From Kiritimatiellia bacterium (GTDB lineage Bacteria; Verrucomicrobiota; Kiritimatiellia; CAIVKH01), in the NCBI GenBank assembly GCA_025054615.1, contig JANWZO010000006.1:7596-71595 (forward strand): a stretch of 64,000 nt of DNA, in the 5' to 3' direction. Below the pieces are notes generated by a model. That model saw only the letters and a program-made list of their open reading frames with translations, searched no databases and had not been told where the DNA came from. The translations under genes and the position numbers were made by a program. Below are positions 9,161 to 19,597 of this stretch, one piece after another (the first letter of the stretch is position 1; each line of letters starts with the position of its first letter).

Positions 9161-11398
9161 ATGGCAATGTCAGATCTGACCCGCCGTCAGTTTCTGAAAT
9201 ACGTTGGCGCCGGCGCTGTAGCAACCGCGTTGGGTCCGGGCCTGGGGCCTTTATTCAGAGTGCGAGCTGCGCCGGCGGGCAACGGGTGGCTCACGTGGAA
9301 TCCCGTGCCCTACCCCATTCCGCTCCCCGGGGACCTGGGAAGCGCCGAAGACGATGCAGCACGGCTTGCTGCATTTGAAATCGTGGATGATGTCGTTGTT
9401 CCGCGGGGCTTTCGGTACGACGTAATCGCAAAATGGGGCGACCGGTTCGGGCCTGAAGACGAGCCCGAACGGCAAGTTGTTTTCGGTTACAACGCCGATT
9501 TTGTCGCGTTGTTTCCGACCGAAACGGATGGCGAGTACTGGCTGTTCGTCAATCACGAATACATTTCGGCGACGCCCTGGTTGGAGGGCTATGAGGCGGT
9601 GTTTGGCGTCGCGCTTCACCGCGACGGCCGGGTGGGCGACATGCACCTGGCGCGTGATGTTTTCGACCTCGCGAATGCCACGCCGGATCGGCTCGAGACG
9701 GCACGCGCCATCCGCAGGCTGTGCAAAGCGGCCATGGAGGACCTCGGGATTTCGATCCTTCGCGTGCGGCGTGATCCGGACCAAGGGTATGTCGTCGTTG
9801 CCGACGCGCGGGATCACCGGCGGATCCATGGGGCCGGCCGCGTGAACATCGATGCTTCTACGCCCCTCGAAATGACCGGGCCGGTCGCCGCGCTCGGCGT
9901 CAGTCCGGTTGGAACCTTCGCAAATTGTTCCGGGGGCGTCACTCCCTGGGGCACGGCCCTGAGTTGCGAGGAAAACTTTCAGGATCAGACCGCCGAAGCC
10001 GTGTCGCCGTCTGGACAACCGTTGATGGAAAACTGCCCTTTGTTCTGGGGCGAATGCCTCGAGGACGACTCGCCATTGCCGATCGAATTTTACGGGCTGA
10101 CGACCGGATTATCACCGGTGCCCGACCCGCGCAGCTACGGATGGGTCTGCGAGGTGGATCCGCGCAGCGGCGCCCTCTGGAAACACTCCGCGCTCGGGCG
10201 TTTCCGCCATGAGAACGTGGCGCTTCGGGTCGAGGCGGGCAGGCCGCTCGCCGCCTACATGGGCGACGACCGGCGAGGCGGGCACATATGGAAGTTCGTG
10301 AGCGCGGAACCGGTGCGAGACCCGCGGGATCCCGCCAATCGGACGCTGTTCGAGCGCGGCACGCTGTACGTGGCACAATTCAACGAGGATTTCACCGGCC
10401 GCTGGATCGCTCTCCGGCCCGAGACGCCCTTGGCGCCGGTAGACCCGCAGGATTGCGCCGACGGCGTCGTGAGCCTGCCCCGCCGCCCTGAGGGCGGGAG
10501 CATCCGCGTGGGCGCGGATCTGTCTCTCGACGATTGGCGGACGGCCATCGAACGATTCACCGGGCGGCCGCTGGCCGAATGCACGCTGGGCGATCTGGTT
10601 TCCCGCGCCGCTCCCGCCGAGGCGGTGTTACTGTTGGACGCCTTCCTGATGGCGAATGCCGCCGGAGGCACACCGTGCGCCCGGCCGGAAGACCTCGAAG
10701 TGCATCCTGTCGACCAAAGCGTTTATATCGCCTTTACAGATTCGACGGGCGACGACGACGGCTCGCCAGACGCGCGCATCTTTCCGGATTCCAAGCGGCT
10801 CAATTCCCGGCAGTATGGCGCGATCTACCGGATCGTGGAAGGCGACGGCGGTCCTGCGGCCGAAACATTTACGTGGGGCAAATTTGTGTCCTCCGGCGAA
10901 TGCGCCGATGGCGGCGGTGGTTTTGCATGCGCGGACAACCTGGCGTTTGATCCGGAAGGAAACTTATGGATGGTCACGGACATCACGACCAGCGCCCAAA
11001 ATTTTCCGGTGAATCGGTCGGGAAAAACCGCGCCGGGTTCGAAAAAATTTCCCGGCATTTTCGGAAATAACGCCATGTTCATGATTCCGACCGCGGGCCC
11101 TGAGGCCGGCGTCCCCCGCTGTTTCGCCACCGGCCCGATGGATTGCGAATTCACCGGCCCGTGTTTCACGCCGGAGGGGTTCATGCTGATCGCCGTCCAG
11201 CACCCGGGCGAGGCCAATGGAACTCGCGGTGCGCCAGGCCGCCTGCCGCCGGAGGTTGAGCGCGAGGTGCATATTGCCGGGCGCGACGGCAAAGTATTTG
11301 TTCAGAAACGCATCGTCCCGATCGGCAGCAATTTCCCGGCGAATCAGCTCGGCGCGGTGCCCAAACCGTGCGTGATCTGTATCCGGCCGGAAAGCTGA
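9161..11398 (+). CDS. phoX: Tat-exported alkaline phosphatase PhoX (DUF839)
   Basis: TRRQFLK Tat motif; VNHEY, NCSGGVTPWGT.LSCEEN, GRFRHEN, YMGDD, RPED, DNL, EFTG, VQHPGE. Confidence 0.92.
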   Translation: MAMSDLTRRQFLKYVGAGAVATALGPGLGPLFRVRAAPAGNGWLTWNPVPYPIPLPGDLGSAEDDAARLAAFEIVDDVVVPRGFRYDVIAKWGDRFGPEDEPERQVVFGYNADFVALFPTETDGEYWLFVNHEYISATPWLEGYEAVFGVALHRDGRVGDMHLARDVFDLANATPDRLETARAIRRLCKAAMEDLGISILRVRRDPDQGYVVVADARDHRRIHGAGRVNIDASTPLEMTGPVAALGVSPVGTFANCSGGVTPWGTALSCEENFQDQTAEAVSPSGQPLMENCPLFWGECLEDDSPLPIEFYGLTTGLSPVPDPRSYGWVCEVDPRSGALWKHSALGRFRHENVALRVEAGRPLAAYMGDDRRGGHIWKFVSAEPVRDPRDPANRTLFERGTLYVAQFNEDFTGRWIALRPETPLAPVDPQDCADGVVSLPRRPEGGSIRVGADLSLDDWRTAIERFTGRPLAECTLGDLVSRAAPAEAVLLLDAFLMANAAGGTPCARPEDLEVHPVDQSVYIAFTDSTGDDDGSPDARIFPDSKRLNSRQYGAIYRIVEGDGGPAAETFTWGKFVSSGECADGGGGFACADNLAFDPEGNLWMVTDITTSAQNFPVNRSGKTAPGSKKFPGIFGNNAMFMIPTAGPEAGVPRCFATGPMDCEFTGPCFTPEGFMLIAVQHPGEANGTRGAPGRLPPEVEREVHIAGRDGKVFVQKRIVPIGSNFPANQLGAVPKPCVICIRPES

Positions 11399-11435
11399 AC
11401 AAAGGGAGGCGCCCCGCGTTCTAATCAGTTCGAAT

Positions 11436-13622
11436 CTAGCTGAGCGGCACGCGCGCCTCGCCGCCAGCGGGAACTCGCGTGCGGGGCAAACGCCAGAGGT
11501 CCGCCCGCGCCAGAAGCTTCGATGGACGAGATTCCACGAGCACCCGGACCTCGGCATCGTGCCCGGTCGGGTTTTTGAGAATCAGCGAATCGCCGGCGAT
11601 CTCGGCTTCGACATGGTCCAGGCACCACACCCGCCCGATGTCCGGCCGCGCATAGACACCTGGCAGTTCGGCGACCGTCAGGAGCAGTGCGACCTCGCTC
11701 CACGTCGAACCGTGGAACACGCCCCCAATATTATCGTCCCAGTCACTTGTATTGACGCGCTCATTGATCCAGCCGGACGGCAGGACGCGCCCGTCTTTCG
11801 CGCGAATCTCGCAACCCGGCCGGGACACCACCTGCGGGAGGAACCGCGCGATATCGCGCAACAAGTCCATCCACCGGACGTCACCGGTGGCCCGAAACAG
11901 ATGCAGCAGACCGACGCCCGCGTGGGTGCAAATTCCCGGCGCGGAGTGCTTGTTCTGCGTGTTGGCAAACACACTGCCCCTCGAGCGGATGTTCAGGCGG
12001 GCGAATTCGGTCCCCTCGGGAAACGGGAAATCATACGGCATCACCCACGTCGAGAGCAGCGCGGCGGCACAACGGCCCGCCTCGACCCAGGCAGGATCGC
12101 CATCTGCGGCGAGAAGCTCGGCGAAGCTCTCGACGAGGGCGGCGCACGACTCGCTGTCGGGATTTTGAAGCGCATCGCCCGGCCCGCCATTGGTGTAGCC
12201 GGCACGCAGCAGATGATCCGCGAATGCCCTGCCAGACTCGCGTGCCACGCGAAGGTATTCCTCCTCACGGAATCGGCGCCAGGCAGCGGCGAGCGCGGCC
12301 GGGACCAGCGCGCCGGATGTGGAGCCGCCGACCAAGATCTCGCCGGTCTCCTGATGAAGGAATTGGCCAAATTGCCGGTTTTTCCGCCATAGGCGCACGA
12401 ATACGTCCGTCGCCGCCCGCAGCGCGCGATCCCAGTCTGGCGGCGCTCGAAAAGCGGGATCTTCCGTCTCTAACCACTCGAGGTGCTTCAGCAGATACCA
12501 CAGCGCGTCCGCCTGTCGACGGGTGAGCGTCCAGGAGTGGGTATAGGGCCGGGCTTTGTCGTGTGTAAAATCCGCGGTCCACACGCCCTCGCGGGTGCAC
12601 TTCCCCCAGAAAAGGCCGCAGGGCCGGGGCGCATTCCGAAAAAAGGTCTCAACGGTTTTTCGCGCGCGGGCCGCCGTCTCGGGCAACCCCATCATCCAGA
12701 GCGGCAGGGTCGCGATCATGCCCCCGCACCAGCCGGTCTGGAACGCGTAATGCGATCCGGGATTGCAATCCGTCGCGTAAAAACCGAAGGCCTCACGCCA
12801 ACAGTCCCGGTTGTAGTGTTCCTCAATGAGCCGGAAGGCGGCGCTAAATGGCAAAACGGCCGGGACGGTCCCATCGCCGGAAAGGCTGGCGCGGCACGCC
12901 GCGACGCGGCCGAAAAATTGCGCTAGGTCATCGCAATGCCATTCGAACACCTGGAGCCGCAGGGTGCGCGATTCCCCCTCCCGCCACGGAACTGCGCAAT
13001 CCGGTGAATCGGCGCACATCATCGGCAGCCGGTACACCGGACTCTGGCGAATGCCGGGGCTGGCGAGCCGAAAAACCGCGCGGCGGCGATCATCCGATTC
13101 CTCGATTTCCCACAGCCAATCGGCTGCCTCTGCAGGGTTGGCCGCCAACACAAACCAACCACGACGTGACCGCGATTCGAACCATCCAAAACCTGGAAAC
13201 GCGAGATCGCCGCTCTTCAGTTGGATGCGGGAAGGACCAGGCTCAAGAGACAAGCGGGGAACGTCGGTGATCAGTTCCGGTGTGTCGACTCCCCGCACAA
13301 GTTCTTCAGGGACGCGAGGCGAATAGGGAACGCGGATCGACCGGAAGCGGTTGCCCGCATAGGCTCCCGCGGGCATCAGGACATAGACTTCGCTCGACCA
13401 CCCTTCCCACTCCCACGCGACACCGGTTGCAGCAGCCGCTGCTCCGCATTCGGACCGGAACTCGACCTCCAGGCGCCCTTTCGGGTCCTCGATCCAGCGA
13501 CCGGCCCAGCCTTGATCGATCCGGAACTCCGGGCCCGAGTCGCCGGATCGAAGGGCCCGCAGGCGCTTCTGAAGCTCCGCGCCCTCATAATGCGAAACTT
13601 CAACGTACAGCTTTGAGATCAT
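11436..13622 (-). CDS. Uncharacterised protein, probable (alpha/alpha)6 glycoside hydrolase-like
   Basis: 728-aa ORF from ATG 13622 (ATGA overlap); C-terminal helical repeats with aromatic/acidic motifs (EEEYLRVA, DSESCAAL, DVRWMDLL, W.E). Fold is inference. Confidence 0.6.
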   Translation of the reverse strand: MISKLYVEVSHYEGAELQKRLRALRSGDSGPEFRIDQGWAGRWIEDPKGRLEVEFRSECGAAAAATGVAWEWEGWSSEVYVLMPAGAYAGNRFRSIRVPYSPRVPEELVRGVDTPELITDVPRLSLEPGPSRIQLKSGDLAFPGFGWFESRSRRGWFVLAANPAEAADWLWEIEESDDRRRAVFRLASPGIRQSPVYRLPMMCADSPDCAVPWREGESRTLRLQVFEWHCDDLAQFFGRVAACRASLSGDGTVPAVLPFSAAFRLIEEHYNRDCWREAFGFYATDCNPGSHYAFQTGWCGGMIATLPLWMMGLPETAARARKTVETFFRNAPRPCGLFWGKCTREGVWTADFTHDKARPYTHSWTLTRRQADALWYLLKHLEWLETEDPAFRAPPDWDRALRAATDVFVRLWRKNRQFGQFLHQETGEILVGGSTSGALVPAALAAAWRRFREEEYLRVARESGRAFADHLLRAGYTNGGPGDALQNPDSESCAALVESFAELLAADGDPAWVEAGRCAAALLSTWVMPYDFPFPEGTEFARLNIRSRGSVFANTQNKHSAPGICTHAGVGLLHLFRATGDVRWMDLLRDIARFLPQVVSRPGCEIRAKDGRVLPSGWINERVNTSDWDDNIGGVFHGSTWSEVALLLTVAELPGVYARPDIGRVWCLDHVEAEIAGDSLILKNPTGHDAEVRVLVESRPSKLLARADLWRLPRTRVPAGGEARVPLS

Positions 13623-15274
13623 GGTTTCTCGACCAGCGCACTGAGGACAGAATCCATCATGCCGGGTGAGGGCGGCTGCCCCGGCCATGCCCAGCCTTTG
13701 GGGATGTACAGCGAAGCGGACAACGGATGCTCCTTGGCCACCTCCTCATACCGGCGCCATGCGGCCTGGAATGCTGCAACGTCCTCATCGCCCACGCGAA
13801 CCGGCTTGCCGCGGGCCGCGCGCCAACGCCGGACCATGATGTCCCATCCGATTGCGATTGCCTCGAACAGCCTAGCCCCGTAAACGGCCGACGCGCGCAA
13901 GGCGTCCGTATCAAAAGCATTCGCACAGGAAATTCCGGCGCTCATTTTGGCGACCTGCTGGAACAGCGCCGCGGCCCGTCGTTTCTCGTCCACCGCGTCG
14001 TCCAGCATGCCGGCGTTCTCCAGCTCCTCGAAAGCGGTCTTGAGTCTTTCAATGCCGCCTAGCCGGTCATCGCGCATCCACAAGCGGCCGCAATCCGCCT
14101 CCGTAAATTTCCGCAGGCGGGCAAGGGCCGGGATGGAGCGCCCGAGCCAAACCGCCTCTTCCGCAAGACGACAAAGTTCGCGGAAGGCTTTTCGATCGGC
14201 TTCTTTCATGCCGAACCGCTCAGCGCACACCCGTTCAAACGCGGCGGCTTCGCCCTCCGCCGGGTTGCGATACCACTCCAGCAGCGCGCGCACATTGAGC
14301 TCGGGCCAAAATTCGTGCTTCAAATACGGCCCGAACCACCCGCCTCCGCGCGACCAGGTCCACAGCCCGCAAAACTGTGGAGATCGAACCCATTCGCGAA
14401 GCCCTTTGGGATTCGGCACCTCCGTGAACCCATCCACCACGCCGCGGATGACATAGTTGGGGAAAGCGCCTTTCCCCTCGTATTCGCGCTGGCATTGCAC
14501 CTCCACGATTTGAGGATGGCGACCGATCCCGATGCAGGCGTTCGGCACGCATCCTCGGAAAAAGTCGCCCGCCGTGTGTTTGATCGAAAACACAAGGTTC
14601 GGATGCGGCTCGATGGAATCAGTCACCGCGAGATAGAACGTCGGGTCGGCATGAAACCGGTCGCCGAAATAATCCCAGGTCCGGTAGATCAGTTGTTTTC
14701 CCCGGCGCACGCATATTTCGTCCCGCAAAAACGCAACAAGCTTCCGGAACCGCGCGATCTGCTCCTCGCGCCCAATTTGGGGATCATGCAGCGGCACCGC
14801 CGTATTCCCAGCGTGGTGCGGCGTATCGAATAGATAACACTCGCCCACACGGATCACGAGCCCGTTCACGTCGGGGAAGCGAGCGAACATCGCGTCGAAC
14901 AGCGTGCGGTGGAGTTCAAGCGTGGCCGGTTTTGTCAGGTCGATCCGGCCCTTCTCGTCGCAAATCTCGCCACGACGCGCCTCGACCACGCGCTTCGGCA
15001 GCAGAAAGAGGTCGACGTGGTAATACACCGACAGGCCCGCTCGTCGCGCCGCGGAGATTTCGGCGTCTCGGGCCGACTGCGCTTGGGCAAGCCAATCCGC
15101 CTCGGCTGCGTCGGCCGGAAAGGGGTCTAGGGCCACCGACGCGTTCAGGTGCTTGAGCACCTGCCCGTTGTAGCCCAGTGCGGCGAGATACGATGGGTCG
15201 GTAAACCGTGTCTGGAGGGGAGGCTCGCCGGGGTTATGGTGGACGAGGTCAAGGAGGTATCTGCGGTCACTCAT
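13619..15274 (-). CDS. Uncharacterised protein, possible TIM-barrel glycoside hydrolase-like
   Basis: ORF overlapping both neighbours; FPDV.GLVIRVGE, YRTW, EVQCQREYEGKG, WSRGGGW motifs. Family assignment is inference. Confidence 0.6.
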   Translation of the reverse strand: MSDRRYLLDLVHHNPGEPPLQTRFTDPSYLAALGYNGQVLKHLNASVALDPFPADAAEADWLAQAQSARDAEISAARRAGLSVYYHVDLFLLPKRVVEARRGEICDEKGRIDLTKPATLELHRTLFDAMFARFPDVNGLVIRVGECYLFDTPHHAGNTAVPLHDPQIGREEQIARFRKLVAFLRDEICVRRGKQLIYRTWDYFGDRFHADPTFYLAVTDSIEPHPNLVFSIKHTAGDFFRGCVPNACIGIGRHPQIVEVQCQREYEGKGAFPNYVIRGVVDGFTEVPNPKGLREWVRSPQFCGLWTWSRGGGWFGPYLKHEFWPELNVRALLEWYRNPAEGEAAAFERVCAERFGMKEADRKAFRELCRLAEEAVWLGRSIPALARLRKFTEADCGRLWMRDDRLGGIERLKTAFEELENAGMLDDAVDEKRRAAALFQQVAKMSAGISCANAFDTDALRASAVYGARLFEAIAIGWDIMVRRWRAARGKPVRVGDEDVAAFQAAWRRYEEVAKEHPLSASLYIPKGWAWPGQPPSPGMMDSVLSALVEKP

Positions 15275-15935
15275 GGGACAATGCCTTGTACAGATCGGCT
15301 GGAAGGGTTTCAAAATCGGGCGCGGTCCAGTCCGCGCCCGCCTTTGTCAGCTCGGCGCCGGAGAAGCTAGTCGACAGGCCTAGGCAGCGCGCGCCTGCCT
15401 CTCGGGCTGCACGAACCCCCAGAACCGCGTCTTCGACAACGAGACACGAGCTTGGTTCGAGGCCCAGCGCCGCGGCCGCCGCCAAAAAGATGTCCGGAGC
15501 GGGTTTCTTGCGCTGCACGCGGTCGCCGGTAATGATCGCATCAAAATCGCCGCGGCGCAGCCCGAGTTCGCGCAAATTGCCATCGAGCTTGACTTCATCG
15601 GCGCTTGTGGCGATCGCCAATCGATGCCCCTTCGACCGCGCCTCGTTTAGGAATTCATGCAAACCTGGGACCGGTTGCAACCGGCCTCGGATCACCTCCA
15701 GGTACAACTCATACGTTCGAATCTTGTCCCGCGGCAGCATGAGCCGGATGCCGCGCTGCTCCGCCACCCCGGCCAGATAGCGGTCCTCCCCAGCTCCGAC
15801 GAAAGGCTCGAATTCTTCCGGCTGGACGCGAATACCGTAGGTTTCGAGAAACATTCGACAGGCCGCCTCCGCGATGAACGGCTCCGACAGGCAGAGGACG
15901 CCGTCCATGTCGAAAATGATTCCTGAAATCGACAT
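15267..15935 (-). CDS. HAD-family phosphatase (beta-PGM/YcjU-like)
   Basis: FDMDGVL, ATSA, KPAPDIF, VVEDAVLG motifs I-IV. Confidence 0.92.
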   Translation of the reverse strand: MSISGIIFDMDGVLCLSEPFIAEAACRMFLETYGIRVQPEEFEPFVGAGEDRYLAGVAEQRGIRLMLPRDKIRTYELYLEVIRGRLQPVPGLHEFLNEARSKGHRLAIATSADEVKLDGNLRELGLRRGDFDAIITGDRVQRKKPAPDIFLAAAAALGLEPSSCLVVEDAVLGVRAAREAGARCLGLSTSFSGAELTKAGADWTAPDFETLPADLYKALSHE

Positions 15936-16080
15936 CGGCAAATAATCTTCGCCCGAACGGTCCGGCTTGCGCAATCCCACATCTGGCGGGCCACCCGCTA
16001 CTGGTAGATTCGGGATTCGGTTTTCCGCTCAGCCGTCTGTTGCAACTCGAACGGACTCCGCTATGCTGCATGAACCAAAT

Positions 16081-16154
16081 GCCCCCGTAGCTCAGTTGGA
16101 CAGAGCATCGGATTTCTAATCCGGCGGTCGCAGGTTCGAATCCTGCCGGGGGCG
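16081..16154 (+). tRNA. tRNA-Arg (anticodon TCT); CCA not encoded
   Basis: Cloverleaf: GCCCCCG/CGGGGGC acceptor, GCTC/GAGC D stem, TCGGA-TTTCTAA-TCCGG anticodon arm, GCAGG-TTCGAAT-CCTGC T arm, discriminator G. Confidence 0.97.
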
Positions 16155-16256
16155 CGTCGCCGGCCTGCTTGATCCCGAAGAGCCTTTGCGTACACTGCGC
16201 GGCGTCCAAAGATTTAGATGCACAAATCGAAGATGCTCAAGGCGAAGGAGTTCTGG

Positions 16257-16871
16257 ATGATGCGATTTGGTTTGGTTGTGGTTGCCGCATGGTGTGCCCT
16301 GGTAGCGCTGTCTCACGCTGCTCAGCCAGCCAGCGTGATGGCGGCGGGCGATGTGGATCCCGCTCTGGTCGAGCGCGCGCGTCGATGGGCGGAGGAAAAC
16401 CTCGCGATCCCCGTTCCATATGCGGGATCCCTGGATATTTCCTCGCCCACGGCATCCCTCCACGAGGTCGCCGAGCTGGCCGCGAGAAAACTGCCCGAAG
16501 ACGCCGTGGGCGCCGTTGTCCTGTACCGTGGTGAACCCGATTCGACCAATCACGGTATTTATCGACCGGATTTGCGCGTGGTGGTAGTGAATGTCCGCGA
16601 GCTGTTGAAGGACAATCCCGACGAGGAGCGAATCGGCCGCCGACTGGAGCGCCAGGTGATCCGCGGGATCTGTTCGCTAATGGGCATGGAATACAGCCCC
16701 AATCCGGAAAGCGCGATGACGTATTACTCGACGCTTGAAGAGCTTGATGAGATCGGCCGGAACCTGGATCCGCCTTGGCTGTTAGAGCTGCAGGAGAAAG
16801 CTCGAGACATGGGCATCCCGCTGGATCCCGACAACCCCTACAACATGTTCCGCGAATTTTCGGAGGAGTAG
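16257..16871 (+). CDS. Exported archaemetzincin-like protein lacking zinc-binding residues
   Basis: AAGGAG then ATG 16257; signal peptide; C-terminal RRLERQVIRGICSLMGMEYSPNPESAM...LEELD aligns by eye with the archaemetzincin HEXXH region. Confidence 0.65.
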   Translation: MMRFGLVVVAAWCALVALSHAAQPASVMAAGDVDPALVERARRWAEENLAIPVPYAGSLDISSPTASLHEVAELAARKLPEDAVGAVVLYRGEPDSTNHGIYRPDLRVVVVNVRELLKDNPDEERIGRRLERQVIRGICSLMGMEYSPNPESAMTYYSTLEELDEIGRNLDPPWLLELQEKARDMGIPLDPDNPYNMFREFSEE

Positions 16872-16874
16872 CTC

Positions 16875-18149
16875 GTGCTCGACCTCAAACGCCTGCGAGA
16901 CGATGAAGCCGCTCTCCGCGCCGGTTTGGCGCGCAAGCGCGCGACAGTGGACCTGGATGCCATTCTCGAGCTCGACCGGGAACGCCGGCGACTTCTCACA
17001 GAGGTTGAGGCCCTCAAAAATCGCCGCAACACGGTGTCCAAAGAGATTGGCCTCCGCAAGCAGCGGGGCGAGGACATCGAAGCGGTCAAGACCGAGATGC
17101 GGGAGCTGGGCGACCAGATTGCCCGGCTCGACCAGCAGGTTCGAGACGTCGAGTCGCGACTCGAAGCGCTCTGGTTGACGGTGCCGAATCTGCCCCACTC
17201 GAGCGTACCCGACGGGGCCGATTCATCCGAAAACAAAGTCGTACGCACATGGGGCGAGCCACGATCATTCGATTTCCCGCCGAGAAATCACGTCGAGTTG
17301 GGTGACCGGCTGGGGATTTTCGACTTCGAGCGAGCGGCGCGCATGACCGGAGCTGGATTTCCGCTCTATCTGGGCGCCGGGGCAAGGCTGGAGCGCGCGC
17401 TCATCCAATTCATGCTCGACCTTCATACCAGAGAACACGGCTACATCGAGATGTCGCCGCCGTTTCTCGTGAACACCGCGTCGATGACGGGCACCGGCCA
17501 ACTGCCGAAGATGAAGGATGACATGTATTCGATCCCGGCCGACGGCCTCTGGCTGATTCCCACGGCCGAGGTGCCTGTCACGAATTATTTCCGCGAGGAA
17601 ATTCTCGAGCGTCCGCTGCCGATTGGGTTTTGCGCGTACACGCCATGTTTTCGCCGCGAGGCCGGCTCGGCAGGCCGCGAGACGAAGGGACTCATCCGCG
17701 TTCACCAGTTCGACAAGGTCGAGTTGGTGCGATTCTGCGAACCAGCCTCTTCGTATGATGAACTAGAGAAGCTGGTCGGCCATGCAGAGGCCGTTCTCCA
17801 GCGACTCGGCATTCCTTACCGCGTGGTCCAACTCTGCGCTGGCGATCTGAGCTTCGCCGCGGCGAAGTGTTACGACATCGAAATCTGGGCCCCGGGTCAG
17901 GGCGCCTGGCTGGAGGTGTCCTCGTGCAGCAATTTCGAGGATTTCCAGGCGCGGCGGGCGGGGATTCGTTACCGCGGCCCCGACGGGAAGCCCTTGCATG
18001 TGCACACGCTGAATGGTTCCGGGGTCGCCCTCGCACGGCTTGTCGTCGCGCTGCTGGAGAACGGGCAACAGGCCGACGGCGCGGTGGAACTGCCCCCTGC
18101 CCTCGCGCCGTACATGGGCGGCATGACGCGCCTCGAACCGTCAGCCTGA
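16875..18149 (+). CDS. serS: Seryl-tRNA synthetase
   Basis: [53 protein letters not shown]. Confidence 0.99.
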   Translation: MLDLKRLRDDEAALRAGLARKRATVDLDAILELDRERRRLLTEVEALKNRRNTVSKEIGLRKQRGEDIEAVKTEMRELGDQIARLDQQVRDVESRLEALWLTVPNLPHSSVPDGADSSENKVVRTWGEPRSFDFPPRNHVELGDRLGIFDFERAARMTGAGFPLYLGAGARLERALIQFMLDLHTREHGYIEMSPPFLVNTASMTGTGQLPKMKDDMYSIPADGLWLIPTAEVPVTNYFREEILERPLPIGFCAYTPCFRREAGSAGRETKGLIRVHQFDKVELVRFCEPASSYDELEKLVGHAEAVLQRLGIPYRVVQLCAGDLSFAAAKCYDIEIWAPGQGAWLEVSSCSNFEDFQARRAGIRYRGPDGKPLHVHTLNGSGVALARLVVALLENGQQADGAVELPPALAPYMGGMTRLEPSA

Positions 18150-18557
18150 CGCGGTATCCGGATTGGACGGCAGACCGACTGCGCGGTTGTCCGATTCATC
18201 CTTGACGGCGTAGCCTGTCTCCTGGCGGTTCAGATTGATTCTGTTTTTGTCCTTGTAATATGCGAAGACGTCATCCGCGGTCATGCCAAGGACCTGCGCG
18301 GTTGAGATCAGGAAATGAAACAGATCGACCACCTCAACGCGCGCGTTCTGAAGGTCAAATTTCTGGTAGCGGGCCCACCATTTCCACGGGATGCTGTCCG
18401 TCAATTCAGCGATTTCCTGCGACATCGCGCGGCAGTAGTTCAGCACCCATTGCTGTTGCTCCTCCGGCGTCATTTCGCCCACGGGGCGGACGCCGATTCG
18501 CGCGTTGAGCGCCTCCTGCAGCCGGAACATCTCACGCAACATGTCGGGGTCCGCCAT
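18141..18557 (-). CDS. Dimeric all-alpha dUTPase (dUTPase_2/MazG superfamily)
   Basis: QE..EL...[29 protein letters not shown] before ATG 18557. Confidence 0.88.
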   Translation of the reverse strand: MADPDMLREMFRLQEALNARIGVRPVGEMTPEEQQQWVLNYCRAMSQEIAELTDSIPWKWWARYQKFDLQNARVEVVDLFHFLISTAQVLGMTADDVFAYYKDKNRINLNRQETGYAVKDESDNRAVGLPSNPDTASG

Positions 18558-18673
18558 TGCACGCTCTCCTTCTTCCACCACGGGGCGCAGAATAGGGCCG
18601 CCCATGCGGGCCGTCAATTGAGGTCTGGCATCGCGCCTTGAATCTGCTACACAACAAACGTGAGGAATCAGCG

Positions 18674-19597
18674 ATGGAAAATCTGATCATTTTGGGCACT
18701 GGCGCGGCGGGCCTGACCGCGGCGATTTATGCGGCGCGGGCCAACCTGAACCCGCTGGTCATTGACGGCCTCCAACCGGGCGGGCAATTGACGACGACGA
18801 CCGAGGTCGAAAATTTTCCGGGATTCCCCGACGGCATCCTCGGCCCGGACCTGATGAACCGCATGCGCGCCCAAGCCGAGCGCTTCGGCGCGCGCTTTCG
18901 CTTCAACGTGGTGGAGCGCGCCGAGCTGACCGGCTCGCCGTTACGCGTGACACTCGATGACGGATCCACTCTGGAAACAAAAACTCTAATCATCGCCACC
19001 GGCGCGAGCGCCAAGTATCTCGGCCTGCCCAACGAACAGAAACTGATTGGGCGCGGCGTCACCTCGTGCGCCACCTGCGACGGCGCTTTCTACAAGAACG
19101 TCCCCGTCGCCGTGGTAGGCGGCGGCGACTCGGCCATGGAGGAATCGACGTTCCTGACGCGATTTGCCTCCATCGTTTACCTGATCCATCGCCGCGACCA
19201 GTTTCGCGCGTCGAAGATCATGGCCCAGCGCGCGCTGTCCAACCCGAAGATCAAGCCGATCTTCAATACCGTAATCGAGGACGTGTACGACGTCTCGCGG
19301 AATGAAGTCACCGGCCTCCGATTGAAAAATGTCGTGACGGGCGAGACCTCCGATCTGGACGTCAAAGCGCTGTTCGTCGCGATTGGCCACACGCCGAACA
19401 CGGCGCCCTTCCGCGGCCAGTTGGAGATGGATGAGCGCGGCTATCTGATCACGCGGAATACTCGGACCAACATCCCGGGCGTGTTCGCTGCGGGAGACGT
19501 GCAGGACCCCGTCTATCGGCAGGCCGTTACGGCCGCGGGCTCCGGCTGCATGGCCGCCCTGGAGGCCGAGCGCTACCTGGAGGCCCTCGGCCATTGA
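18674..19597 (+). CDS. trxB: Thioredoxin reductase
   Basis: GTGAAGLTAA, GGQL, ENFPG, CATCDG, GGGDSAMEE, HRRD, GDVQD. Confidence 0.98.
   Translation: MENLIILGTGAAGLTAAIYAARANLNPLVIDGLQPGGQLTTTTEVENFPGFPDGILGPDLMNRMRAQAERFGARFRFNVVERAELTGSPLRVTLDDGSTLETKTLIIATGASAKYLGLPNEQKLIGRGVTSCATCDGAFYKNVPVAVVGGGDSAMEESTFLTRFASIVYLIHRRDQFRASKIMAQRALSNPKIKPIFNTVIEDVYDVSRNEVTGLRLKNVVTGETSDLDVKALFVAIGHTPNTAPFRGQLEMDERGYLITRNTRTNIPGVFAAGDVQDPVYRQAVTAAGSGCMAALEAERYLEALGH

Noticed and set aside
16081..16154. tRNA-Arg as an integration site or island boundary
   Set aside because: No integrase and no duplicated tRNA 3' end; the GTTCGAATC near 11428 is too short to count as an att site.
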